Under the pieces are notes generated by a model that made no database searches, was not told where the DNA came from, and saw only the letters and a list, made by a program, of their open reading frames with translations. Positions 9,561 through 19,215 of a stretch of 64,000 nt of DNA are shown here, in pieces. The stretch is from Trueperaceae bacterium (GTDB taxonomy: Bacteria > Deinococcota > Deinococci > Deinococcales > Trueperaceae), in the NCBI GenBank assembly GCA_965215565.1, contig CBDCDZ010000004.1, forward strand, positions 480,001 to 544,000, given 5' to 3'. Made by a program: the position numbers and the translations under genes. Within the stretch, counting starts at the first letter, position 1. Each line of letters begins with the position of its first letter.

Positions 9561-10676
9561 TCACTCGAGTTCTTTCAAAGCCTCTACACGCGCCTCGGTT
9601 CCGGGATGGCTCGAGAGAAAGGTGGGCACGTCCGCACCTTCGGTCAGGCGCGTCAGGATGTCTTGCAGCGGCTCCGTCCCCCAGCCCTTCGCCACGAGGT
9701 AGCGCCCCGCCAGCTCGTCCGCTTCGCGCTCGAACGCCCTCGAGTAACCCGATTCGACGAGGATGGCGGGCAAGGACGCCGCGATGGACGTCACCGACGC
9801 CACGTCGCCCGCGAGTACCGATACGAGCAAGAAGACGCCCGCGCCCCCGTAGAGGCTCCTCAGCCCGTGCCGCTTCTCGACGTGCGCCACCTCATGCGCC
9901 AAGACGCTCAAAATCTCGCGGTCATTCTCGGCAAGTTCAACGAGTTCGTCTGTCATGACGATGAGCCCCGACGGGAGCGCAAAGGCGTTCGCGCCAATTG
10001 CGCCGCCGGAGCGAAAGACGAGTTCGTAATGAGGTTGTAGGTTGGAAGTCGCAGCGAAGTCCGCCGTAAGCGATTCGAACTGCGCTCGCAAGCTCGCAGA
10101 GCGTTCAGCGTCCAACGTCGAAGGCTCGAACAGCTCGCCGTCCAAGAGGTCGAAGGATTTATTGCTCACCATCTCCGACACCTCGAGGGGCGTCGCGTAC
10201 GCCGCTTGCGTTGCTAAAAACGGGATGCCGTAGAGCGTGAATGCGCCGACGCTCATAGCAAGTCCGGCGAGACACCCTAGCGTCAGACGCCAACGGCTCT
10301 CCAAACGGTGAACGAAGCGGAGCCCGTGCCCTCTGCCGCTCGCTTCCTCGAGCTTCGCGAACGCCGCAACGTCGCGCGTCTCTAAATGCGCCCCGTTCGG
10401 AAGTTTGAGCTTGCGCCGGGCGTTGCCCAGGGGAGGCTCGAGCGTGAGAGCCGACAAGGGAACTTCGAACCAACCCACCTCTTGTCCCCCTTGAACCTGT
10501 ACAAACTCGCCGTCAAACGAAACTTCGGCAGGATGCGCTTTAGAGCGCACCCCGTCGAAATAGTTGCCTGCAAATTCGCATACGACAGCTTTGGCAGTGT
10601 TCTGCACACCCTCCGCCGCAGCTTTAGATATGACCTCTTCCGTCACACCCTCCTCAACCGTTAGATGCTCGCTCAC
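9561..10676 (-). CDS. M48 family zinc metallopeptidase
   Basis: NAFALPSG, HEVAH, YSR.FE.EAD, FLSSHP motifs; one TM segment; coupled to the upstream YjgN gene. Confidence 0.9.
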   Translation of the reverse strand: MSEHLTVEEGVTEEVISKAAAEGVQNTAKAVVCEFAGNYFDGVRSKAHPAEVSFDGEFVQVQGGQEVGWFEVPLSALTLEPPLGNARRKLKLPNGAHLETRDVAAFAKLEEASGRGHGLRFVHRLESRWRLTLGCLAGLAMSVGAFTLYGIPFLATQAAYATPLEVSEMVSNKSFDLLDGELFEPSTLDAERSASLRAQFESLTADFAATSNLQPHYELVFRSGGAIGANAFALPSGLIVMTDELVELAENDREILSVLAHEVAHVEKRHGLRSLYGGAGVFLLVSVLAGDVASVTSIAASLPAILVESGYSRAFEREADELAGRYLVAKGWGTEPLQDILTRLTEGADVPTFLSSHPGTEARVEALKELE

Positions 10677-11887
10677 TAGAGACCGATTTCGATATCCAGG
10701 GCGTCCGTAGCGACGTCACCTAACGAGCTTTGGTAGTTGCTTTCGTCCGCGACGAAGGCGTCGAGGTCGTCCTCACGCATCACCACGGCTAGATTCTCCA
10801 CGATGTAGCGCGTGCGCCGCACCTTCGCCCAAGGGATGAGCAGCCCGAGCGAGAGGAGCATGGCGAAGAGGTTCGTGAGGCGAATCCAGGCGAGGTCTCT
10901 GAGCCGGAGGGTGCTCTTAAACGACACCTTGCCAAGCTGAGTTTCCGCCCAGCAGTAGTTCGCGATGTTGACGTAGATGAACTCCTGAATCATTGAGAAG
11001 AACGCGATGCTGCCAAGGTACATTATAGCGATAGCGATATAAAGACTTGGCGTGTCCGAATCGTAAGAAGAAAAGATGAAGGTGTCAAACGCGAAGAAGA
11101 CGGTAACAAAAAATCCGACAACGAGCAACGCAGCCAGCAGATAAACTTTGAAAAACTTTCCTGGACCACCGTAAAACTTGCTGCGCGTCGTTCCGAAAGC
11201 AAAGCGCCCGAAAGCGTATTCCTTTTGCCGAGACAACATGTAAGGGAACAGCAGCCCTAGCGAGCAGAGGACAAAGAAGGGAATGAGTAAAAACACACGG
11301 TAGCTCTCACCGAGCGTACCGTGGAAGTGAAAACGGATATTGCGGTACGCCGAGTAGCGCGTGCGAAAGCGCAGAGATTGATAGGCTAAAAAGGGAAAGA
11401 CCAGCGTGAAAAGCCCCATGATGAGCAAACTCCATAGAGGTGCAAAGGCGTCCGTTAGGTTGTAAATGACGAGCCCCGCCCCCACGATGAAGTTGCCTTT
11501 AAGGATGTTGATAGGATTCGCTAGATAGTCGAACGAGTGTCCCGCCAGGTGCGTATTCGCATAGAAATACTGCCGCGTGCGCACCTTCGCCCAGGCGTTG
11601 TAGATGCCCAGCGTGATGACGGTTAAAAAGACGTTGACGATCCAGATGCGGAAGAACTCGCCCGCCGTACCCGTGAAGCTGAGCGCGTGGGTGCCTAAAG
11701 GGGGTTCGGCGCGCTCGGTTTTTTGCTCCGTCTGCGCCGGGCTTCTCTCGTCCCAGCCCCAGTCGAGCGGTTGCGTCGTGAATTGTGATACGGGTGATTG
11801 AGCGACGCCGCACTCGAGACAGACCGCGCCCGTCCCCGTAGCCGTTACCGTAGCGGCGAGCGCCGCGCCGCAGTGTTGACATGCCAT
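10676..11887 (-). CDS. YjgN/DUF898 membrane protein with N-terminal zinc ribbon
   Basis: F.G...EFF.IWIVN.FLT.ITLGIY..WAKVR; CQHC..CLEC at the N-terminus; GAGGAG RBS before ATG 11887. Confidence 0.85.
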   Translation of the reverse strand: MACQHCGAALAATVTATGTGAVCLECGVAQSPVSQFTTQPLDWGWDERSPAQTEQKTERAEPPLGTHALSFTGTAGEFFRIWIVNVFLTVITLGIYNAWAKVRTRQYFYANTHLAGHSFDYLANPINILKGNFIVGAGLVIYNLTDAFAPLWSLLIMGLFTLVFPFLAYQSLRFRTRYSAYRNIRFHFHGTLGESYRVFLLIPFFVLCSLGLLFPYMLSRQKEYAFGRFAFGTTRSKFYGGPGKFFKVYLLAALLVVGFFVTVFFAFDTFIFSSYDSDTPSLYIAIAIMYLGSIAFFSMIQEFIYVNIANYCWAETQLGKVSFKSTLRLRDLAWIRLTNLFAMLLSLGLLIPWAKVRRTRYIVENLAVVMREDDLDAFVADESNYQSSLGDVATDALDIEIGL

Positions 11888-12004
11888 GATGTACTCCTCG
11901 AGGTTGTTTTTGGGACAGAAAAGAAAAGTCCCCGAGGGGCAAGGTAGCACTCGGTCTCTGACAGAATTCTGAAGCTCGAGCCGCGCTCAGAAGAGGTTCG
12001 GGCG

Positions 12005-13243
12005 TTAGCTCGAGAGCCGCGCCAACGTCTCCGCCAAAACCCGCACGCCCGCCGCGATGTCCGCCGGGCTGCTGTACTCGTCGGGGCGGTGACTTATACC
12101 GTCCTTACTCGGAATAAAGATCATCCCGACGGGGCAGATATAGGACATGAAGAGCGTGTCGTGATAGGCGCGGCTCACCATCTGCACACTCTCCAGGGAG
12201 AGGTTATGTGCCCCCGCCTCGACTGCTTGAATAACCTCGGGCGCGCACGTCGCAGGCGGGTCGGCGTTGAGCGTTTTGAGGTCTATGGTTACGCCGCGTT
12301 CGTTGGCGATACCTTCCGCCGCTTGGCGAATTTGCGCCATCACGTTGTCACGCCTCGAGCGGTCAACGTCGCGCACGTCCGCGCTCATGAAGACGCGGCT
12401 TGGAATGCTGTTGACGGCGCGCGGGTGCACGTCGAAGATGCCTACCGTGGCGACTGTATCGGCGCTGCCACTCTCTTTAGCGGCGCGTTCGATCTCGAGA
12501 GAAAGCTGCGCTCCTGCTGTCAGCGCGTCCTTGCGCTCCGCCATCAACACTGCGCCCGCGTGCCCACCTCTTCCCTCCACCGTGATATGCAGCGTAGCGG
12601 GCGCGGCGATATTCGTTACCGTGCCGATGGGCACACCCGCTTCCTCCAACTTCGGTCCCTGTTCGATGTGGAGTTCGACGAAAGCGTGATAGTGACCTTT
12701 CTCGAGCACAACCTCTTCCAACTCTCCTCCAAAACCGACGTCGCGGCGCACCTCGTCGGGGTTCTTGCCCTCTTCGTCTGTAAGCGCGCGGACCTCTTCG
12801 GGTGAAAGCGTACCGGACAGGGCTCTCGAGCCCAGACACCCCACCCCGAAGCGCGTCGGCTCCTCAGCGGTGAAGAGGATGAGTTCGAGCGGGCATTGCG
12901 GTACAAACCCAGATGCTTTGAGCGCCCGAATCGCTTCTAAGCCCCCCAACACACCGACGACGCCGTCGTAGCGCCCCGAGTGCGGGATGGCGTCGATGTG
13001 TGAGCCCGTAGCGACAGCGGGACGTTCGGGGTGTTCACTCTCCCACCGTGCAAAGAGGTTGCCTAGAGCGTCCTCACAGACTGAGAGACCCACCTCGCGG
13101 ATGAGGTCTTTGAGGTAGCCCCGCGCCTTCATGTCCTGCTCGGTGTAGAGCACCCTCGTCACTGCGGGCGCAGGCGCGTCGCTATAGGTGGCTAGCGTTT
13201 CAATCTGGTTCACTAGACGGTCTTGGTCTATTTGAACGGTCAT
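12005..13243 (-). CDS. M20 amidohydrolase, ureidoglycolate amidohydrolase-like (plant UAH type)
   Basis: VTRVLYT, GSHIDAIP.SG.YDGVVGV, EEPTRFG, ELHIEQGP, SRAYHD, GISH.P.EYSSP; purine catabolic context. Confidence 0.75.
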   Translation of the reverse strand: MTVQIDQDRLVNQIETLATYSDAPAPAVTRVLYTEQDMKARGYLKDLIREVGLSVCEDALGNLFARWESEHPERPAVATGSHIDAIPHSGRYDGVVGVLGGLEAIRALKASGFVPQCPLELILFTAEEPTRFGVGCLGSRALSGTLSPEEVRALTDEEGKNPDEVRRDVGFGGELEEVVLEKGHYHAFVELHIEQGPKLEEAGVPIGTVTNIAAPATLHITVEGRGGHAGAVLMAERKDALTAGAQLSLEIERAAKESGSADTVATVGIFDVHPRAVNSIPSRVFMSADVRDVDRSRRDNVMAQIRQAAEGIANERGVTIDLKTLNADPPATCAPEVIQAVEAGAHNLSLESVQMVSRAYHDTLFMSYICPVGMIFIPSKDGISHRPDEYSSPADIAAGVRVLAETLARLSS

Positions 13244-13256
13244 TCGGTCTCCTATA

Positions 13257-13306
13257 GAGCAACGAGCAATAAGTGAAAACCTTTAGACTCATTGCTCATT
13301 GCTTTC
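13257..13306. repeat. AGCAATG/CATTGCT heptamer hairpin
   Basis: GAGCAACGAGCAATAAG ... CTCATTGCTCATTGCT; same unit at 18931-19003. Confidence 0.55.
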
Positions 13307-13720
13307 TTACTCCAACAACTCAAAATCCTCAAAGTCGAATCCCGGCACCACGACACACGACACTAGCGTGTAGCCTTGCACCTCTTCCGCTGGCTCCGCC
13401 TCCTGCACGTAACCCCCCGGCACCACCCCTTGCGGCTGCTCTAAGCCGAGCGTGATGACCTCTTTCTCCCCTTCCGGTGAGGTCAGCGTGAGGCGGAGGG
13501 GGTCGCCCTGATGATGGAGCCACAACTCATCCGAGCGGACGCGGTGGGGGCGGCTCTTGTCGCCTGCGGGGAGCAAGAAGAGGATGGCGGTGCCAGCAGC
13601 ACGCGCACCCGGATAGCCCCCCGGTTTGACCTCACGCGGCGAGCGCCAGGTTTCGCGGTAGCAGCCGCCTTCGGGGTGAGGCTCGAGCTTGAACTTCTCA
13701 ATGAGGTTTTGCGCGCTCAC
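13307..13720 (-). CDS. DUF985 (cupin_5) family cupin
   Basis: L.PHPEGG.YRET, T.I.FLL, H.V.SDELW.HH.G, LVSC.V.PGFDFEDFEL. Confidence 0.88.
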   Translation of the reverse strand: MSAQNLIEKFKLEPHPEGGCYRETWRSPREVKPGGYPGARAAGTAILFLLPAGDKSRPHRVRSDELWLHHQGDPLRLTLTSPEGEKEVITLGLEQPQGVVPGGYVQEAEPAEEVQGYTLVSCVVVPGFDFEDFELLE

Positions 13721-13750
13721 ACTAGCGCTCCTGCTCGGGGCTCAGCGCCA

Positions 13751-15007
13751 TCAGTTGAACCAGAGCGCGAAGTTGAGAAAGTTGCCGCCGAAAAGCCCTT
13801 GCAAGCGCCGCCAGGTATCGGCGCTAGTTAGCGGACCCTCTTCGAGATAGGGCGTCGCCGCGCTCCCCTGAAACCAGAGCACGGCGTCGAAGGTTCGCGG
13901 CTCCATGAACACGCGGCGCACGTTGACCCCGCGCCCATCTCTCACGCGCGGATGTGGGATCAGCAAATCGCCCGCAAGGACGGTGTCCGCCTCGTCTAAA
14001 AAGGTCAACCAAGCCTCTATCTGCACCTCGGTGAGGCGCACGCCAATGACACTGCTCTGAGCCGCGTTGGGTATCCACTCGCGTTCGTCGTCGGTTTCGG
14101 CGCGTATTGCGTCCCACGAGCGTCGGCTCTCCGAGAGGACGGTCTCAAGGTGTTCCAACGCCCTTTCCAGGCGCTCAGGTTCGGTTGGCTCGAGGCTTAG
14201 CAGATGAATAAAAGCGATGAGGTCGGCGATGAGCGTGATGTCAAACACGCCCTCGGGCTCACCGGTGCGCCCCAAAAACTCATGTGGCGTCCGCACCTGT
14301 TCGTAGGTCAGGTGCGCCGTGCGTTCGAACAGGTCACGGCTGTCGTGAGCGAGATAGATTTCTGTCAGGGCGCTCAGGAGTTCGGCGTAGCCACGGAACC
14401 AGTGAACGTCGCCACGGTCGAACGCGATAGGGAGGTCTCCTGCTCCGAGCGGGACCTGGCTAGGCTGACCAAAGCGGGCGAAAAGCCGCTGCAAGCTTTC
14501 ATCCTCACCGGCGTCACCGTCGCCATCAAAGTCCAGCCGAATGCGCCCGACGGGTAGCTCGAGCTTGACCTCGCCGTCACCGAGGGAAGCGCTGAGCGCC
14601 GCGAAGGTTGCGCTCGCTTCACCCAAGTCCGCTAGAAAGGTCGCCAGGATAGCGCGCAAGTCTCCATAGGCGATTTCACGTGCGTTACCGTCCGCTGCCG
14701 AGGGAAACTGAAAGGGTAAAAAGGTGATGGCTCGGTCGTCGGTGCGTAAGCCGTAGCGGGCGAAGGACTGAGACGCGCCCTCGAAGGCCCCAAGAAACTG
14801 GACGACGCCCAAACTAAACTGCGCTTCGGCGTCTTCCGGTTGAGAACCCAGCCTCGCCAGGAGCGCGGTCTCAGCCTCGAGCAGACGCCCCGTCTCCAGA
14901 TAGGGCACGACGAGCGGCTGAGCCGCCCCGAAACCCGCCAGCCAGAACCAACACAGTGTCAGGATAGAAGCGCGCAACTTAGCTCTCCTCCAAACTAAAC
15001 GGATCAC
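13751..15007 (-). CDS. Hypothetical secreted protein
   Basis: 418-aa ORF with signal-peptide-like N-terminus; no recognised catalytic motif. Confidence 0.65.
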   Translation of the reverse strand: MIRLVWRRAKLRASILTLCWFWLAGFGAAQPLVVPYLETGRLLEAETALLARLGSQPEDAEAQFSLGVVQFLGAFEGASQSFARYGLRTDDRAITFLPFQFPSAADGNAREIAYGDLRAILATFLADLGEASATFAALSASLGDGEVKLELPVGRIRLDFDGDGDAGEDESLQRLFARFGQPSQVPLGAGDLPIAFDRGDVHWFRGYAELLSALTEIYLAHDSRDLFERTAHLTYEQVRTPHEFLGRTGEPEGVFDITLIADLIAFIHLLSLEPTEPERLERALEHLETVLSESRRSWDAIRAETDDEREWIPNAAQSSVIGVRLTEVQIEAWLTFLDEADTVLAGDLLIPHPRVRDGRGVNVRRVFMEPRTFDAVLWFQGSAATPYLEEGPLTSADTWRRLQGLFGGNFLNFALWFN

Positions 15008-15728
15008 GGTTCACCTCTTTATAAAGTAGATAGCTCGCAGGCTCCCTGCCCAACGCCCCAAACCACTGCGAGCAGTAGGGGCCCATCCAAATCACGTCAC
15101 CCTCTTTGACCGGATACCAGACCTCTTCCACCTTGTAGACACCACCGCCCGAGAGCATCAACAGCCCGTGCTCCATGATGTGCGTCTCGACGAAAGGGAG
15201 CGGCGTACCGGGCTGAAAGGTCATGACGTTCACGGCGAGGTCGAAACTGGGGTGCTCGGGCAAGAATTTCTGGACGATGAGGTGCTCGTCGCCTAAGAAC
15301 GGCTCGCCTTGAATGTCACTTTCGTGTCCGGTGATGACGTCGGGTAAAGGGGTCTCCCCTAGTTTCACATAGCGCCGCTCGAAGAGGTTGAGGCGTGCGC
15401 CGGACGAAGAGGTGAGCGTGTAGTCCTGGTCGGGGGGCACGTAAGCGAAGCCGCCCGCGCTGAGCGTGACCTCTTTCGCCATCTGCAGCGTCACCTCGCC
15501 CTCGATTACGTAGATAAAGCGCTCGACGCCGGGTAGGGGCGGGGCACCCTCCCCTGCGCCTTCCAACGTGACGAGGGTCTGAACGAAGCGCGCGCCCATT
15601 TGCGGCGAGATGAGGGTGACGGCGCTCGCGCCCTTCCAGCCCGGCAAGCCCGTCGGGACGTAGCCGTCTGGGGCGATGAAGGCGTGGTTGCGGGTGACGT
15701 TCGTGCGGGTGGTGCCGAAGAGGGTCAT
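14979..15728 (-). CDS. allE: (S)-ureidoglycine aminohydrolase (bicupin)
   Basis: G.TR, ERFIYV, ETHIMEHGLLML.G.G.Y, GD.IWM.PY..QWF, YLLYK.VNR. Confidence 0.88.
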   Translation of the reverse strand: MTLFGTTRTNVTRNHAFIAPDGYVPTGLPGWKGASAVTLISPQMGARFVQTLVTLEGAGEGAPPLPGVERFIYVIEGEVTLQMAKEVTLSAGGFAYVPPDQDYTLTSSSGARLNLFERRYVKLGETPLPDVITGHESDIQGEPFLGDEHLIVQKFLPEHPSFDLAVNVMTFQPGTPLPFVETHIMEHGLLMLSGGGVYKVEEVWYPVKEGDVIWMGPYCSQWFGALGREPASYLLYKEVNRDPFSLEES

Positions 15729-17083
15729 AGGCTCCTTCTTGCTGCGTTAGTTTTTGTCCCGATAGGTTGTAAGAATCTACCTCGAGCCCGCTCCACCTTG
15801 CCACCCTTATAGATCGTTTCGCCGCGCAGCACGGTCTGTGTAATCTTGCCGCGCAGGGTGTGAAAGAGGTAAGGGCTCAGTTTATGGCGCGTGAAGAGGT
15901 CGTCCTCAGTTAAAGTTACCGAGTCGGAGAGGTCGACGAGGGAGAAGTCGGCGTCGTAACCGGGACCCAGCCGCCCCTTGCCCTTCAAGTTGAAACGCTC
16001 CGCTGGACGTTGCGAGGTCAAGCGGGCGATGTCCGCGAGAGGTAAACCCTGTTTTTCGTGGCCGTCAAGCAGCACGTTCAAGCTGGACTGCACCCCCGCA
16101 ACGCCGCCCCACACTCCGAAGAAGTCGTCCGCTTCTTTAAGCTCGGGCGGGGAGGGCGAATGGTCCGAGGCGATGAGGTCGACCTCTTGTGCTAGAACAG
16201 CTTGCCACAAAGCCTGGCGCTCCGTTGCACTCCGCAAAGGCGGCGCACACTTCAACACTGCGCCGAGACGCTCCACATCTTCATCGGTGAAGTGGAGGTA
16301 GTGCGGGCACGTCTCACAGGTCACGCGCACGCCGCGCTTTTTTGCTTCAGTGACGAGGCGCACACCTCTCGCCGTGCTGACGTGGACGATGTGGAGGTCT
16401 GCACCTGTTTCTTCGGCGAAGAGCAGCGCGCGGCTAATTGCCTCGAGTTCGGCGATGATGGGTCTCGAGTTCAGATAATCCCGCACCTCTTGTTGACCTC
16501 TCGCAGACGCCTCCGACGTCAACGCCTTCGTCAGCGCCTCGCTCTCCGCGTGAACGGCGATGGGCAAGCCCAACTTGGCGGCTGCCTCCATCCCCCGGTA
16601 GAGCGTGAGGTCGTCCGCCGCTAAAAAGTCGTCCATCCCGCTGTCCGACATAAACGCTTTGAAGCCGACGACGCCGCCTTCGGCGAGTTCGTCTAAACGG
16701 TCTAGGTTGCGAGGCGTCAAGCCGCCCCAGAGGGCGAAGTCAGTCAGGGAGGAGGCTTCGGCGGCGGCTTTTTTCTCGAGAAAGCTCTCCTTGTCTAACG
16801 TCGGCGTCGAGTTGAGCGGCATGTCGATGAATAGCGTGCCGCCGCCCGCCGCTAAGGCCGCGCTGCCCGTCGCAACGCCTTCCCAATGGGTGCGCCCCGG
16901 CTCGTTGAAGTGGACGTGCACGTCGATGAGTCCGGGGAAGAGGTGGAGCCCGCTCGCGTCCAGCGTCTCCCCTACCCCGTCCGAAATTTCCGGCGCGACT
17001 TGGACGATGCATCCGTCCTCGACTAAGAGGTCAGCGCGCGCTACTCCTTCGGGTGTCACGAGTCTACCACCGCGCACAAGCAT
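15725..17083 (-). CDS. allB: Allantoinase
   Basis: D.HVHFNEPGRT.WEG, DMPLNS, GFKAFM, HAE, ETCPHYL, KCAPPLR, SDHSP. Confidence 0.92.
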   Translation of the reverse strand: MLVRGGRLVTPEGVARADLLVEDGCIVQVAPEISDGVGETLDASGLHLFPGLIDVHVHFNEPGRTHWEGVATGSAALAAGGGTLFIDMPLNSTPTLDKESFLEKKAAAEASSLTDFALWGGLTPRNLDRLDELAEGGVVGFKAFMSDSGMDDFLAADDLTLYRGMEAAAKLGLPIAVHAESEALTKALTSEASARGQQEVRDYLNSRPIIAELEAISRALLFAEETGADLHIVHVSTARGVRLVTEAKKRGVRVTCETCPHYLHFTDEDVERLGAVLKCAPPLRSATERQALWQAVLAQEVDLIASDHSPSPPELKEADDFFGVWGGVAGVQSSLNVLLDGHEKQGLPLADIARLTSQRPAERFNLKGKGRLGPGYDADFSLVDLSDSVTLTEDDLFTRHKLSPYLFHTLRGKITQTVLRGETIYKGGKVERARGRFLQPIGTKTNAARRSL

Positions 17084-17436
17084 TAGCTCCCCCGGTACGT
17101 GCTGTAACTCCAGGGCGAGACGAGCAGCGGCACGTGGTAGGTCTGCGTTTTGTCCGCGACGCCGAAGCGAACGGGCACGGTGTCTAAGAATTTGGGGCTG
17201 GGCAAGTCCAACGCGGCGAAGTAGTCGCCTACGTGAAACACGAGTTCGAACACGCCTATCTCCAAGTCATCGGTCAGCAGCGGCGCGTCGGTGCGTCCGT
17301 CCTCATTGGTGGTGAAGCGCGCGAGGTGCTGCCTCGAGTCACTCATCACGAAAAAGAGGTCGATAGTTATGCCAGCGGCGGGTGTGCCGTTCGCCGTGTC
17401 CAACACGTGCGTGCTGAGGCGTCCCACTTGGCTCAT
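17083..17436 (-). CDS. uraH: 5-hydroxyisourate hydrolase (transthyretin-like)
   Basis: LSTHVLDTA.G.PA at the N-terminus, YHVPLL.SP.SYSTYRGS at the C-terminus; ATG 17436 overlaps the upstream stop. Confidence 0.93.
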   Translation of the reverse strand: MSQVGRLSTHVLDTANGTPAAGITIDLFFVMSDSRQHLARFTTNEDGRTDAPLLTDDLEIGVFELVFHVGDYFAALDLPSPKFLDTVPVRFGVADKTQTYHVPLLVSPWSYSTYRGS

Positions 17437-17972
17437 TCCCAGCCCTCGCGCTGACGTAATGAGGTGATGTGCGCCAAATGATGCTCGCCGTGCCAGGCGT
17501 AGTTGGCGAGGCTTTGCTCCAGCGTGAGCGTCTGGTTCGAGGCGGGATGCGTGAAGGTGCGCTGCCAGTCGCTTTCGGATAGGGAGTTGAGCAACGTACC
17601 CCAACGTTTGTGGAGCGCGTCTAAAAGCGCAAGGGACACCTCTATAGGCGCGTCCGAGTCGCCGAGTTCCGCCCACCCCGCCTCGTCGTAGGGGCGAATC
17701 GTCGGGTTCGCTTCGGTCAGGGCGAGTTTGAAGCGGGTGTAGGAATTGAGGTGGCTGTCGGGGAGGTGATGCGCGACTTGGCGCACGCTCCAACCGCCGG
17801 GACGGTAGGGCGTGTCGAGTTGCGTCTCAGAAAGCCCGGCGAGCGCGGCGCGCACCCGCTCGGGCAACCGAGCCACCTCTTCTAACCACGCTTCGCGCTG
17901 CGCCTTCGTCACCTCGTTTGGCAGGGTAAATTCGCCGATGGGGTAGCGGAGGTCTGCTCGAGCGTCAGCCAT
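17433..17972 (-). CDS. YfiT/BstA family bacillithiol transferase (DinB superfamily)
   Basis: DLRYPIG, LDTPYRPGGW..RQV.HHL.DSH.N.Y.RFKLALTE, YAWHG.HH.AHI. Confidence 0.88.
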   Translation of the reverse strand: MADARADLRYPIGEFTLPNEVTKAQREAWLEEVARLPERVRAALAGLSETQLDTPYRPGGWSVRQVAHHLPDSHLNSYTRFKLALTEANPTIRPYDEAGWAELGDSDAPIEVSLALLDALHKRWGTLLNSLSESDWQRTFTHPASNQTLTLEQSLANYAWHGEHHLAHITSLRQREGWE

Positions 17973-18918
17973 CGTCGCCTTCACCATCGCCTTGCGTCAT
18001 CGTCAGCCCGATGTGACCGTAGGGCGGGCGCGGGTCCGTGTGGACCTTGACGCGCTCGTCCGTCTCGGAAGCGTAGCCCTTGTCCCACAGCCTGTTCTGC
18101 GCCTCGAAGGAGACCTCGGCGAGTTGGGAGAAGCGTGCGAGTATCCGTTTGCCCATCTCATGGACGAGGTGTTGGATGGACTTGCTGTTGAACTCGTGAA
18201 AGACCGTCGCGGCAACGTCGCGTACCTGTTCGGCGGGAACATAGTGCGAGAGGTCATCTGATACGGCGTGCGCCGCGTCCGCGTAGCGCCAGAAGATATC
18301 CAGGTAGATAAAGAGCGGGCGGTCCACCATCTCGGGCAGCGTGGTGTGCTCGTCACGCACGAAGTTGGCGAACGAGCTGCCCGTCACCTTGACAAGCTGT
18401 AAGCCGACGCGCCCGCAGCGGTGGTCCACCACGCGGACGCCCTCGCCGGTGCGCTCCAGAGCGAGTTCCGCCACCGCGCGGTCCCCCTGCGCGCGGTGGA
18501 AAAGCACGTCACTTACCTCACCGTTCGCGTGCGCCGCCTCGAAGGGCTGCTCCTCGCCTAAGACGTTGAGCGCTTCCATCTCGGGGTAGCGCTCTAAAAA
18601 TCTCTGCCCTAAAAACATGAGGTAGCCCTCCAAGGTTGCGCCTCCGAACTCCAGGGCTTGCTTCAAGATGAAGTTCTTCATGCTGTCGGTAGCCACCACG
18701 TCGCGGTTGTCGCCTTCGGTGTAGGCGGGCACGAAGTTGCGCCCCAGGACCTGCACGTCTACCTGCACCGCGAAAAGTGTGTTGGCACGTCCAGTAAAAG
18801 CGGACTCGGGGATGGGGCTGACCCGGAGCGGCTTGGCGCTGAAGCGGTACGCGGTGACTTCCGCTTTGCCGTAGTCGATTGCGGCGATTTTTGCGGGTAT
18901 GGACTCGCTCATCTTCAT
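17965..18918 (-). CDS. pucL: Urate oxidase (uricase)
   Basis: YGK, YTEGDN..VVATDSMKN, KVTGSSF..F.RDE.TTLPE..DR, SIQH, QNR.W, PPYG. Confidence 0.92.
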   Translation of the reverse strand: MKMSESIPAKIAAIDYGKAEVTAYRFSAKPLRVSPIPESAFTGRANTLFAVQVDVQVLGRNFVPAYTEGDNRDVVATDSMKNFILKQALEFGGATLEGYLMFLGQRFLERYPEMEALNVLGEEQPFEAAHANGEVSDVLFHRAQGDRAVAELALERTGEGVRVVDHRCGRVGLQLVKVTGSSFANFVRDEHTTLPEMVDRPLFIYLDIFWRYADAAHAVSDDLSHYVPAEQVRDVAATVFHEFNSKSIQHLVHEMGKRILARFSQLAEVSFEAQNRLWDKGYASETDERVKVHTDPRPPYGHIGLTMTQGDGEGDDG

Positions 18919-18930
18919 CTCCTTAGGAGA

Positions 18931-19003
18931 AGCAATGAGTTGAAAACAAGGAGCAATGAGCTTTGCCTTTTCACTTTCAACTCACCACTCACTGCTCATT
19001 GCT
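18931..19003. repeat. AGCAATG/CATTGCT heptamer hairpin upstream of uricase
   Basis: AGCAATGAGTTGAAAA..GAGCAATGAG ... TTTCAACTCA..CTGCTCATTGCT. Confidence 0.55.
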
Positions 19004-19215
19004 CCGAATCTTAGGTTTCTCTTCAAAGGTTGCTAGCCCTGGCTAAGCGCTAAAAGCCAAGGGCTCAATATCGTAACTTCTTACAGGCAACGAATCAATG
19101 TGAGACTCGAGGAACTCCAATCTCAATACTCTTAGCGTCTCGAGCAACCACCTTAAAGAGGCTTTCTCTTGTAGAACACGCTTTACAAACCCTCTTGTAG
19201 ACCTTTGCTACGCGC

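Noticed and set aside
17437..17793. Long N-terminal extension of UraH in the ORF track (likewise for coxS, msrB, DUF2237, leuC)
   Set aside because: Extensions overlap real upstream genes or promoters; family homology and RBS/-10 signals begin at the internal starts
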